Part shown: in pieces, positions 12,968-25,843 of the stretch
Layout of the letters: each line of letters opens with the position of its first letter
Position numbering within the stretch: position 1 is the stretch's first letter
DNA from: Squalus acanthias
Taxonomy: Eukaryota
DNA: 64,000 bases
NCBI GenBank assembly: GCA_030390025.1
Contig: CM059432.1
Location: forward strand, 99,450,001 to 99,514,000
Reading direction: 5' to 3'
Made by a program: the position numbers and the translations under genes
The notes under the pieces: generated by a model
Databases searched by the model: none
Seen by the model: the letters and a program-made list of their open reading frames with translations, nothing else
What the model was told of the DNA's origin: nothing

Positions 12968-14312
12968 TTGTCGTCTCATGAACTCATCGTACTCATCTAA
13001 ATCACAGAGTACCAGGAAAAACTCCAAAGGAATTCCTAGCCTTTGAGATTTGTTTGCTGCAACTTCAATTGCAGCAGCAAGCAAAGTCTAGTGGAAAAAA
13101 AACCTATCATGCAAAATAGTGCACACCACAACAACTAGTGCAAGGAGAAAAATGCAACTAAACCTCAATACTTGTTTAAAAAAAGACAAACATGATATGA
13201 ATTTTTCCTATGGAACCTTGGCTTTAACAAACCTACGTATGCAGGCCAGACCAGTGGATTAGTCATGTGCCTATTTTATATGGGTGAGGTGAGAGCAAGG
13301 AGTGGCGTTCACCAGAAGAAAGAAGGCTAACAGATCAAATTAGCACATTACATTGAGGCTGGCCCCTTTGCCTGCCATTTTTCCTTGCTGCCAAATGCGG
13401 CACATTGGGAGTAGTTCCTGCACAATCCGTACTCTCCCCCTGTGGCACCACAAAATTAGGATTAGTAAATCCTTCTGACAGAACTTAGTTGGATGATTTC
13501 TGGTCATGTACTCGCACACGCAATTATAAAGTTAGACGTATAAATGATAGAGCATATCCCATGCATGTGGAATGTACCCTCAGAACTTCTGATATTCAGC
13601 CTTAATATGTCAATGCGAGTGGACCAATCCTTGGCCTTTCATCTCCCACCTATACAGACTAGGCCAGATTTGTAGCATGCGTGTCTAAGATTTATAAAAT
13701 AACCCATCAGTTTACACCTTACATATCAGTCCAGAGTCATTTAATGTTTATGCTTCAAGTCAGTTAATAGCTCTGCATTACAACTTTAGTGAGATGAGTT
13801 AATGCCTCCTTGCTGGAGTTATCAAATATGGAGTCATTCAGCGATTTTGTAGCTATAGTAAATTGAATATACATCTAAGTTAACACACTAACATTCTCAC
13901 TCAAGAGAGCATCAATCTTACAAAAGCATTTGATTAGGTTTTCCATTACAGTCAGCATTACATTGCACGTTTATTTTCTAAAAGTATTAGAAATTTAAGT
14001 AGAGGTTATAAAACTGACATTGTGTTAAATTATTTATTACCAGCAGACTTTAATGTTTCAATGTGCTTCGACCATAGCTGAGATTAATTCAGTCTGAAGT
14101 AGCTGTATTGCTCAGTTTATTTATTACCTGGTCCTCCTGTAGGTCAACTTCATGGCTATTGGATTTCCTCCTGGATGGTCTGCTCCCTCTGGAGAACACC
14201 AGTGCCGAATCACAGTCTGCATTACCATCTTTTTCTCACCTTGGCTCCGCTAACCAGCAAGTACTTTCCTGAAAACTGCTGTGTTGCACACCATGCCCAG
14301 AGGCATAATAAT

Positions 14313-15062
14313 GGCCCAGAAATTAGACTCCCTGGCTTCCCGCGGGTGCAAGGATCCCGCGCGCACCTACCTACCGCGCCTGCCGTTGACCTCTGGGCCC
14401 ACGGGGACTTCAACTCCTGGGCCTGCTCCAAGTGCCGGCGCGCAGTGCTTGTGTATCGCAGGGGCGTAGTTAGTGCGATGCAGCCCCTGGGATCACGTGA
14501 GCCATGGAGAGCCAATGGCAGCAGACCATCTTTCATTCATAGATTTGACAGACCTGTCAAATCTATGAATTGAAATCGGCCCCAAAACAACACCTAAACT
14601 TCAAATAAATTTTAAAAAAAACATCACATTTTTTAAATAACTGTAAGTTAAATAAATTAACTACTTTAAACAAAAATTAAAATTTTTGAAAAAAATAAAA
14701 TACTATTTAACAGTGCTAAAAATAAACTTACCTTTCTAAAAAAGATAAATCTGTTGAAAAATTTTTTAAATTGTAATTAATTAACCACTTACCTTGTTGA
14801 AAACGGGTCTTGCGCCTCCTTTTTAAAAGCGCAGCTTCTTCAATACTTACCCTCCCGGAGAAACCTGATAAAAAACCTAAGTTCGCTGCGTGTGCGCAAC
14901 CTCTACCGCGCACGCGGTTCACCTCTGAACCGCTCCCTTCATGAGACCGGAAGTTCCGGTTTCCTGCGCATGCGCAGTGCATGCAGGAAACCGGCACTTC
15001 AGGAGGCCTTACGGGTGAGTACACAGCGCGTACTCACCCGGCAAGTGCCGAATTTTTGGCCC
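14313..15062. mobile_element. Harbinger-type MITE, 750 bp
   Basis: TIRs ggcccagaaatt / aatttttggccc, AAT TSD, GC-rich ends, AT-rich core and internal palindromes. Confidence 0.8.
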
Positions 15063-16362
15063 AATAAATACTGTGGTGATGCAGGTAACAAGTTTTGTAG
15101 TTTAATACAGAATCTCGATTAACCTTACAACTTCGGCTCTTAAGTTCCTTTATTTTTGTCTTTCTGGCTTGAATTACTTTGCCCACCTTAACCATTGCCA
15201 GTTTCAGCTTGGTCTGGCTTAACATTTTATCTAACTGGACAAGCAACTGTGAGGTGAGCTGGCCTCCATCTTCTGCAGACTGTATGACTGATAATTCCAC
15301 CAACTGTGATTGGCAGCCTTGGGGACAAATGGATGGCCCATTATATACCGTCTAACTCACTGACAACCCCATTTTCCAGTTTCAAACCTTAATTCCCAGT
15401 TAAGAACGTTTAACAAGGTTCAAGGAGTGCCTTCCAGTTTGCCAATCAAATTTGATGAACATGTGTCAAATTATGGATGGTCAATTTTCACATGTTCCGG
15501 TGATACCAGCATTTCCTAACCATGTCCCTTAACATCCATAGAAGGTTAAGCCCAGACAAGAGCCATAAATCGACTTTTGTGTTCCATTAATGAACCATCT
15601 CTGCAGTCACTTAGCCAGCTTCCAAACAAATATTTATTGTTTTTAGCTTTAAGGCTTAAATATCAATATACCGATTAGTCAGTGCTATGAAGTTGACCTA
15701 TGAGAGGACTAGGTGATAAATAAACTTTACACCACAGTTTTAGGATATCCTATAGTTGCAGGTCAGTTAGCCATCTAGTGGCTGTTCCGTATGTGGGTCA
15801 GTCTTTTGTCATGGTTTCTCACAGACTGCTTATAGGACCACTTCAATCCCAAGAGGCTCCCATTAACACCCAGTAGTCATCTACCTCACTTGGTCCTTTC
15901 ATGGTGAAGTACCTAGAAGTAGCATAAGAATGGAAGCCAAAATGCACACATCATACACTATAAGAAGGGGAAGCATTTAGGTTAAAAAGAAACACTAAGC
16001 AGACGTGCACTGAATACTTTTAAGTAAATAAATTGGGTTAACTTCACGCTTATTACGTCCAAAGAGTTTCTTTCTGTGGTACCGAATGTGGATACCAGCA
16101 AATGCAAGTGTTAGATTCGATGCTATTTGATGTAGTGTACAGGGCAAAGTTGGGATCAGTGTATTTGCATCTGCACATGCAGGTAAGCCTGTTGGTGGAA
16201 AAGAATGGCTAATATACTTAGGTGAATTTCTCCTCTATTCTCCACACGTGCCTTTCCCGATGTCGGGTCTGCCTGTACTGAGCAGACCCAACAGGCAGCA
16301 GTGGGGGAGCCAATTTAAATGCTTAGTGGCTTGTTTACAGCTACTTAACAATGGTTTTAAAC

Positions 16363-18020
16363 ATGCCTGACATAGTCATACTCACAGAATCATACCTTAC
16401 AGCTAATGTCCCGAACTCCTCCATCACCATCCCTGGGCATGCCCTGTCCCACCGGCAGGACAGACCCACCAGTGGTGGCGGCACAGTGGTATACAGCTGG
16501 GAAGGAGTGGCCCTGGGAGTCCTCAACATTGACTCCGGACCCCATGAAGTCTCATGGCTTCAGGTCAAGCATGGGCAAGGAAACCTCCTGTTGATTACCA
16601 CCTACTGCCCTCCCTCAGCTGATGAATCAGTACTCCTCCATGTTGAACACCACTTGGAAGAAGCACTGAGAGTAGCAAGGGCACAGAATGTACTCTGGGT
16701 GGGGGACTTCAATGTCCATCACCAAGAGTGGCTCGGTAGCACCACTACTGACCGAGCTGGCCGAGTCCTGAAGGACATAGCTGCCAGTCTGGGCCTGCGA
16801 CAGGTGGTGAGTGAACCAACACGAGGGAAGAACCTACTTGACCTCGTCTTCACCAATCTAACTGTCGCAGATGCATCTGTCCATGACAGCATTGGCAGCA
16901 GTGACCACCACACAGTCATTGTGGAGACGAAGTCCTGTCTTCAAACTGAGGACACACTCCATCGTGTTGTGTGGCACTACCACCATGCTAAATGGGATAG
17001 ATTTAGAACAGATCTAGCAGCTCAAAACTGGGCATCCATGAGGCGCTGTGGGCCATCAGCAGCAGCACAATTGTATTCCACCACAATCTGTAATCTCATG
17101 GCCCGGCATATCCCTCACTCTGCCATTACCACCAAGCCAGGGGACCAACCCAGGTTCAACAATGAGTGTAGAAGAGCTTGCCAGGAGCAGCACCAGGCGT
17201 ACCTAAAAATGAGGTGCTAACCTAGGGAAGCTGGAAGCAGGACTACATGCATGCTAAAAAGCGGAAGCAGCATGCTATAGACAGGGCTAAGCGATCCCAC
17301 AACCAACTTCAGCCAGAAGTGCCGAGTGGATGATCCATATTGGCCTACTCCCGAGGTCTCCACCATCACAGAAGCCAGTCTTCAGCCAATTCGATTCACT
17401 CCACGTGATATCAAGAAACGGCTGAGTGCACTGGATACAGCAAAGGCTATGGGCCCCGACAACATCCCAGCTATCGTGCTGAAGACTTGTGCTCCAGAAC
17501 TAGCTGCGCCTCTAGCCAAGCTGCTCCAGTACAGCTACAACACTGGCATCTATCCGACAATGTGGAAAACTGCCCAGGTATGTCCTATCCACAAAAAGCA
17601 GGACAAATCCAACCCAGCCAATTACCGCCCCATCAGTCCACTCTCAATCATCAGCAAAGTGATGGAAGGTGTCACCGACAGTGCTATCAAGCGGCACTTA
17701 CTCACCAATAACCTGCTCACTGATGCCCAGTTTGGGTTCCGCCAAGACCACTCAGCTCCTGACCTCATTACAGCCTTGGTCCAAACATGGACAAAGGAGC
17801 TGAATTCCAGAGTCGAGGTGAGAGTGACTGCCCTTGACATCAAGGCAGCATTTGACCGAGTCTGGCATCAAGGAGCCCTAGTTAAACTGAAGTCAATGGG
17901 AATCAGGGGGAAAACGCTCCACTGGCTGGAGTCATACCTAGCACAAAGGAAGATGGTTGTGGTGGTTGAAGGTCAATCATCACAGCCCAGGACATCGCTG
18001 CAGGAGTTCCTCAGGGCAGT
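16363..18020 (+). pseudogene. CR1/L2-group LINE ORF2 fragment (APE endonuclease plus RT N-terminus), disrupted
   Basis: PDIVILTESYL, WVGDFNVHH, LLDLVFTN, SDHHTV (APE); KAMGPDNIP, NYRPIS, QFGFR, ALDIKAAFDRVWH (RT). Confidence 0.9.
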
Positions 18021-18467
18021 GCCATTTTTGTTGCTGGCCGCCTGCTAGCACCTGCCCGCTTTGCCATCCCCGGCCTTTTGTGCAGCCCCCCTGTGGAGTG
18101 CCAGCTGCGCTCCGTGAGCCCGGCACTTCTCTTGAGTGCCGGGCTCTTTTGCCGGCACTCCGATGCCTGTTGGTCCAGCTGGGCCCCGGGTCACGCTGTG
18201 CTAGGCCCCTCCCCTTTAATAAGGGGTGGAAGGCCTGCAGTACCGCGGCGTGACGTGCCGCAGGCATGGCGCTGCCGCACGTAGCGCCGTGATATTCACT
18301 CGCAGCGCCACAAGAGGGAGGCGGGGTGCTTCCAGTAGCACCCCGTCTCCCTCTTGGGGTGCTACCGGTGAATTCCGGGCGGGGGGGTGCTAACTTTTTC
18401 AGGGCGCTATAAGTAGCACCCCGGCGAAGTTAGTGCCCCAAAGGGGGCGCGACCCAATTTTTCCCCC
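18021..18467. mobile_element. Harbinger-type terminal fragment
   Basis: GC-rich gcgc/tagcgc-type subterminal motifs ending in aatttttccccc, the same TIR as copy A. Confidence 0.6.
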
Positions 18468-18469
18468 TA

Positions 18470-21400
18470 TGACTCTGTGACATGTAATCTCATAAAGCAG
18501 TCCATTGGCTTCCTTAAACAATGCTTCCACTGCCTGGACCACTCTGGAGGAGCCCTGCAGTACTCACCAGAACACGTCTCAAAATATGCCGTGGTCTGCT
18601 GCATGCTCCACCATCGTGAGGGCACAGCTCTTGCCACCAGTCATATGGCAACCAGCTGAGGAGGAGGATGAGGAGGAAGAGGAGGAGGAGGAGGAGGAGG
18701 AGGAAGAAGTAGATGAGGTGGAGAAACAAGAGGAGGAGGAGGAAGCAGAAGAGGAGGAAGCGGAACAGGCGGAACCAGAAGGAAGGAGGCAAACCAGACA
18801 GCCCCTTTCTGCCCAGGCAGTCTGTGATTGACTCATCCCCCTTTGGTATGAGTGAACACAACACCAATTCTTCAACAATAGACCCACACCTTACGTTCCC
18901 TCTGTTACTGACAGTCACAGTGTCCTCTTGGCCACAATGCTGAAATAAAAGCCACCACAAAAGAAATATTCCAATCCAACTTTATACATGAATCCATCCA
19001 ATAATACATAACAAACTGAACTAAGCATCCTTGTGCATTCCCTTAGTGCCTGCCTTCAGTGTGCATTTGCCTGTCCTAGTGCTCCTACGAAGTGCTACCC
19101 CAGTGGCTGCAGCATGGCTGATGGATGGTTGGTGACTTTCAGTTGGGAAGACTGCAGATGGCCTTGCAAGATGACCTCGAGGAGCTCTGGGCCTAGAAGG
19201 CCCGGCTGCAGACTGCACCACCTTGACATGGGCGGCAGCAGTCTGTGCTGGCTGGCTGACAGGCAAAAGCAAGAGCACTGGTGGAGTGGCAGTGGTGAGA
19301 TGATGAATGCTGTCATCCTGAGCAGGTTCTTGCTCCACGGAGCCACTGCCATTCCCCCGGGGTGGCAGCTCAGCATTCCTAGCCATCTGCTGGAGTACAG
19401 ACTGCTGGACTGCCGTGAGACACTGCAAGCCTCTTTCCACACTGGTAAACCCAGCCACGATGGCAACAGCCTGAGCTTGCATGACAGAAGTTTGAGCTTC
19501 CACTGCAGCACTCAAACATTGGCCAGCTTATGCTTGTGTTGCAATGGAAGCTGAGACATCAGCCATCAGATGCTGCATCATGGTTGGGTCCACAAGTGCA
19601 CTAATGGATCTGCCCACCCCTTCCATGCTGGAAATCATGGTTCCAAGCTCTGCACAAAGTACTCATTTAGAAAGACACAGATTAATCAAGGATAGTCAGC
19701 ACGGATTTGTTAAGGGAAGGTCGTGTCTGACAAACTTGATTGAATTTTTTGAGGAGGTAACAAGGAGGGTAGATGAGGGTAGTGCATTTGATGTAGTGTA
19801 TATGGACTTCAGCAAGGCTTTTGATGAGGTTCCACATGGCAGACTGGTCACGAAGTTAAAAGCCCATGGGATCCAGGGCAAAGTGTCAAGTTGGATTCAA
19901 AACTGGCTCGGAGGCAGGAAGCAGAGGGTAATGGTTGATGAGTGTTTTTGTGACTGGAAAGCTGCTTCCAGTGGGGTTCCGCAGGGCTCAGTACTAGGTC
20001 CCTTGCTTTTTGTGGTATATATCAATAATCGAGACTTGAATACAGGGGGTATGATTAAGAAATTTGCAGATGATACTAAAATCGGCTGTTTGGTCGATAC
20101 TGAAGAAGGAAGCTGTAGACTGCAGGAATATAGCAATAAATTGGTCAGGTAGGCAGAACAGTGGCAAATAGAATTCAATCCAGAGAAGTGTGAGGTAATG
20201 CATTTGGGGAGGGCTAACAAGGAAAGGGAATACACATTACATGGTAGGACACTGAGTAGTGTAGAGGAACAAAGGGACCTTGGAGTGCATGTCCACAGAT
20301 CCCTGAAGGTAGCAGGCCAGGTAGATAAGGTGGTTAAGAAGGCATACAGAATGCTTGCCTTTATTAGCCGTGGCACAGAATACAAGAGCAGGTGGGTTAT
20401 GCTTCAACTGTATAAAACACTAGTTAGGCCTCAGCTAAAGTACTGCGTGCAGTTCTGCTCACCCATTATAGGAAAGATGTGATTGCATTAGAGAGGGTAC
20501 AGAGGAGATTTACAAAGATGTTGCTGGGAGTAGAGAATCTTAGCTATGAGGAAAGACTGGATAGGCTGGGTTTGTTTTCCTTGGAACAGAGGAGGCTGAG
20601 GGGAGACCTTATTGAGGTATATAAAATTATGAGGGGCCTAGATAAAGTGGATAGAAAGAACATATTTCCCTTAGCAGAGGGCTCAAAAACCAGGGGGCAC
20701 AGATTTAAAGTAATTGGGGGAAGGTTTAGAGGGGATTTGAGGGGAAATTTCTTCACCCAGAGGGTTGTGGGGTCTGGAACTCACTGCCTGAAAGGCTGGT
20801 AGAGGCAGAAATCCTAACCACATTTAAAAAGTACTTGGATGTGCACTTGGGATGCTGTAACCTGCAGGGCTACGGACCAAGAGCTGGGAAGTGGGATTAG
20901 GCTGGATAGCTCTTTGTTGGCCGGCACGGACACGATGGGCCGAAATGGCCTCCTTCCATGATGTAACTTTCTATGATTCTATGATTCTGTGGTGCCGGAC
21001 ACCTCCATGCTCCTTGACATTGCACTCAGGCTTTCTAGCAGGCCTGCACTTCAACAAGAGTTTTGTTGTACGTACCCATCAGCATTCTTCTGTAGGCCAC
21101 CCCATCGAAGTCCTCATCTGAGTCCTCTGCAGCAGAACTTGTGTGCGACCTCGCCCTCTTGGGAGCTATCACCTGTGCTACCCTCTCCCCCTCTCTGGCT
21201 GCAGCCCACTCATGCCTGGTGATTCACCATGCGCAGATCCCACTTCTAAGCTACTCTCTAAACTCCGTGCAGTGCCAATATCTGAGTTGGTGGCTGCCAA
21301 TGTCAGATCGAATGATGGTGTTTCTTCTTCATCATCACTCTCCTCTTCCTCTTCTTCCTGCACCATTGGCTGGGTAGGTTGTATTTCTTGGGTCTCTGAA

Positions 21401-22542
21401 ATGAGAAAGGCTCAAGTGTAGGGTTGTGGTGAGGGGAGTGGGGGGAAAGAAGAGGTGTATGCTTACACCATGTGCCGCTTGTAAATCTGAAGAGATTGTG
21501 GGATGAGGGGGAAGTGGAATGTGAGAAGGAGAATAACGTATGAGGATACTGGCAGCTTGTATTCTTTCAGCCCCTCCGCTGGCTACGGGCTCCACCATGT
21601 GCCTACCAAGAATCATCAGCACCGTCTCCCCCAAGGGGGTGAGGTGATGCAGGCGAGCCTATTCCCCACCGGTTAGGTTCTGCTGGCACCACCTTTTCCT
21701 GCAAGAGAAAGAGACGTATGTTATTGAGTGTCATGCAATGTGTTTGGGTGATGTGCCTGTCATGGTTGAATATTTTACAGTGTATGCAAGCTATGAGATG
21801 TGGGTGTAAGGCTTGTAATAGTAGTAAGTGTGTGAGGATGAGGTGAGGCTATAAATATGAGGTGTGAGTCGTGTTTGGTAGAGATTGTTGGTAGGTGAGT
21901 GATGGGGGGGTGGTGCATTGAGCAGTGTGTGAGGCTGGTGGTGCAGATGCTGGGACATGGCATTTGAAGGTGAATTCACTGACCTTGACCGCTCATGTGA
22001 GGTCATTAAACTTCATCCTACACTTTGTCCATGACCTTGGTCTACACTGGCATTCACCACAGTGGCTATCTCCTCCCACCGCACTTTGCTCTGTTGCCTG
22101 GAGGGTCTTCTGCCCCACTGTGGAAAGAGGACCTCTCTCCTCCTGTTGACCTCCTGCACCAAGACCTCCAGTGCTGCATCGGAGAACCTTGGTGCACCCT
22201 TTCTCCCCTGTTGTGCCATCATTAATTGTTCTTTTTCACTAACTTCCCCAGCCAGTCCAATGATCTGCTGCTGGCAGAATGCACCTACCCTTTAAGAGGT
22301 GCAGACTGCCTTTAATTGGTGCAAGCTAGCTTTAATTGGTGATGGCCTCGCACGAACTTGGGCCCCCTGCTGAGCATTCAGCCATTCAGCAGCGCGTTCA
22401 GCCTTGCTCTGAACGCCACAATCATGGAAATAAGCAAGCAGCATAAAGTTCGCGTGCTGCCTGCAGTCCTCTGAATGGGCGTGGGTTGATCTGACATCGC
22501 AATCCCCGTGCCCGTTTTCGGGGGCAAACCACTTTCTAGGCC
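18470..22542. mobile_element. Degenerate Harbinger (transposase 3' fragment on +, spliced Myb partner on -), interrupted by CR1
   Basis: CLDHSGGALQYSPEHVSKYAVVCCMLH at 18477-18659. Minus-strand GAPRFSDAALEVLVQEV (22013-22222) and AAGPSRPRAPRG...LRRSTR (19021-19515). TIR-like ctttctaggcc at 22542. Confidence 0.85.
19661..20988 (+). mobile_element. 5'-truncated CR1 LINE
   Basis: SQHGFVKGRSCLTNLIEFF, YMDFSKAFD, GVPQGSVLGP, KFADDTK; tail (ttctatga)n. Confidence 0.93.
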
Positions 22543-24460
22543 AGTGTGTCTCAGTAAAGATTCTTCAATCTTACTGGTTAAGGAGACTCTCAGTTGCTTG
22601 ACCTGTTCACACAGTTCCCATAACCCCTGTAGAGATTGTTGCGCTGTTTTGACTCTCTGATTACTGCAAATCACAGTGTAAAAGCCCATAGAAAGTCTGT
22701 GAGCGCCGTTCGTTCACTGCTGACCGCAAAATCCGGACCAATGAATATGAAGATGAAAATATATATATACACAAATGTCTTCTTTCTCTTCCGTGCCTAG
22801 CAGCACATGAGGCAACTCAATTTTGCCACTGCTTTTATATCCAGCAGATCACAACACCTAGCAGGAGGACCTGGTAGATCCAATGTGGGGCGATCGTCAC
22901 TCCACTCCTATCGGATGCGAGTACCCCACTAGGTGTCAATCCAGTATTCAGAGACTGGAAGTCCTGTCTCCACTCTCCAGCGCATATAAACACAGACACA
23001 CACACACACACGAATATATATATGCACGCACACATACAAGAGTGTCTGTTTTCTTTGTTGCTCTTCCCTAGCAACAACAGCAAATCCAATTAATTCAAAT
23101 CTTTTGAAGTAAAAGCAATGCTAAAACAGAAAAGTAATTATTTTAGTTATGCAGGATGATTGGATGATTCTACAAAAGCTAATTTAAAACAACACTGAAA
23201 AAGTGCAGTTTGTTAAAAAATATACAATACAAGTTTAACAAGAACGGGAGAGAATATCATTATATCTGATTGACAACAGCTAGGGAAAATAATCAAGGGG
23301 CACTGTGTCTTTCTGTTGCTTAGATTGCTTATATTGCCAATAAAATAGAACACAGAGGGAAGTATGGTTAATTCCAACAATGATTTTAAAATGCTTCTGT
23401 CCTGTCTGGATGTATCCATGAGTATAAAGCGAGAAAGAAAATGCATGTGACAGGGCTTTGCAATTACTTTTTTGTGTGGATTTTTGTGCTTATAAAGGTC
23501 AGGGATGTTACTGTTGAGGAATGGAACACTTTACATTTTAGACACTGGTGTCAGTGTCAAGCATTCCCAATTCAGTTATAGTACAATTAGATGCAAAGTA
23601 GAGCTCCCTGTATGCCCAACAACGACCTCAGCTTTAGCCTCAAAAGACATCCAATCTGCAATTTCCTTCATTCCCACACCAACCATCTTACGGCCATCCT
23701 GAGTGAAACTAGTGTCGATTAGGGGCAGTTTTGTGCTATGGGCCCTTAATCTACTAGTAACTGGATTGAAGCTGCGTGAACTAATTTCATTGTTGGCCTT
23801 TACAGCTAGAAAGTTTCATCCCATCAGTCTGGACTTGGATTTGGACACGGTCATTAAAGGTCTAACCCACTGCTTCATCTAGTTCAGCAATAACAGAGCC
23901 TTTCGAGTTAAATATTACAGTCATGAAAGGTTTTGTAGTTGTTTAAACAAGATAACAGCTTACAGGTCAGATATGCTAAATTGAACTGAACAAGATTTCA
24001 GAAATAAGAACAATTTCATGATCCATTATTGTGGAATTTTACTTCCCTCTGTAAAGCTGCTTCGGGAATAATTTGCAAATAGATTGCTCAGAAAATGCTG
24101 CCATGTTAATGCACGCAGTTAAGTCAGTTTTGATGAAATGTCACTCCTGCTGCCAGGAATCCTACACTATTTGTATGAGAAAGAACCTTTAACTGATAAT
24201 GTTAACTGCAAATGAATAAACTTTGGTTTTCCAGTTTGGAGAGTTATACCCATCAGAAGCAAAGCATGGTAATGAATACCCAGAGTGCATCACAAACAAT
24301 TCACTGGTAAATGCCCAGAGTGATTATTGGCACCACATTTTTGGCTCTCTGCGCATACCACGTTTGGTACTGCGCATGCACACTCGACCCGGTCACGCAT
24401 GTGCAGTACCCAATGGTGCGGCGACTGCGTCCTACACCATCACGCTTTCCTAGGCTCCAT

Positions 24461-25843
24461 GCGGAGAAGGTCAGGGGATTTGTTGGTGGCCAGGGGGAAA
24501 ATGCTAGAATATATTATTAGGGACATGGTAACAGGGCATTAGAAAATAATAATAGGATTGGGCAGAGTCAACACGGATTTATGAAAGGGAAATCGTGTTT
24601 GACGAATCGGTTAGTGTTTTTTGAGGTTGTAACTAGCAGAATAGATAAGGGGGAACCAGTGGATGTGGTGTATTTGGATTTTCAGAAAGCACCCAATAAG
24701 TGGCCACACAAGAGGTTATTAAACAAAATTAGGGCTCATGGGTTTGGGGGTAATATACTAGCATAGATTGAGGATTGGTTAACGGACAGAAAACAGAGAG
24801 TAGGAATAAACGGGTCATTTTCGGGTTGGCAGGCTGTAGCTTGGGCCTCAGCTTTTCACAATCTATATCAATGATTTGGATGAGGGGACCAAATGTAATA
24901 TATCCAAGTTTGCTGATGATATAAAGCTGGGTGGGAATGTAAGTTGTGAGGAGGATGCAAGGAGGCTTCAAGGGGATATAGACAGGCTAAGTGAGTGGGC
25001 AAGCCCATGGCAAATGGAATATAATGTGGAGAAATGTGAAGTTATCCACTTTGGTAGGAAAAATAGAAAAGCAGAGTATTTTATAAATGGCGAAAGATTG
25101 GGAAATGTTGGTGTTCAGAGGGACCTGGGTGTCCTTGTACATAAATCACTGAAAGTTAACATGCAGGTACAGCAAACAATTAGGAAAGCATATGGTATGC
25201 TGGCCTTTATTACAAGAGGATTTGAGTATAAGAGTAAAGACTTCTTACTGCAATTATATAGGGCCCTGGTGAGAACACGCCTGGAATATTGTGTACCGTT
25301 TTGGTCTCCTAACAAAGGAAGGATATACTTGCCATAGAGGGAGTGCAACAAAGGTTCACCAGTCTTATTCCTGGGATGGGGGGATTGTCCTATGAGGAGA
25401 GATTGAGTAGACTAGGCCTATATTCTCTAGAGTTTAGAAGAATGAGAGGTGATCTCATTGAAACATATAGAATTCTTACAGGGCTTGACAGGGTAGATGC
25501 AGGGAGGATGTTTCCCCTTGCTGTGGCATCTAGAACCAGGGGTCACAGTCTCAGGATAAGGGGTCGGTCATTTAGGACTGAGATGAGGAGAAATTTCTTC
25601 ACTCAGAGGGTGGTGAATCTTTGGAATTCTCTACCCCAGAGGGTTGTAGAGGCTCAGTCATTGAATATATTCAATACAGAGATCGATAGACTTTTGGATA
25701 ATAAGAGAATCAAGGGATATTTGGATAGTGCAGGAAAGTGGTGTTGAGGTAGAAGATCAGCCATGATCTTATTGAATGGTGGAGTGGGCTCAAGGGGGTC
25801 AAATGGCCTGCTCCTGCTCTTATTTCTTATTATGTTTTTATGT
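24461..25843 (+). mobile_element. 5'-truncated CR1 LINE
   Basis: KGKSCLTN, YLDFQKA, SKFADDIKLGG, RRNFFTQRVVNLWNSLP; CR1 tail. Confidence 0.93.

Noticed and set aside
14128..14272. Candidate minus-strand host exon (ttttcag acceptor ... gtaata donor)
   Set aside because: All three frames contain stops across the full interval and no protein was recognised; it could be non-coding or terminal but is unsupported.
15034..15303. 89-aa Lys/Leu-rich minus-strand ORF
   Set aside because: No homology recognised, and it runs into the MITE.
18579..18887. Poly-Ser / poly-Leu ORFs
   Set aside because: Antisense readings of the (GAG)n acidic tail of a dead transposase.
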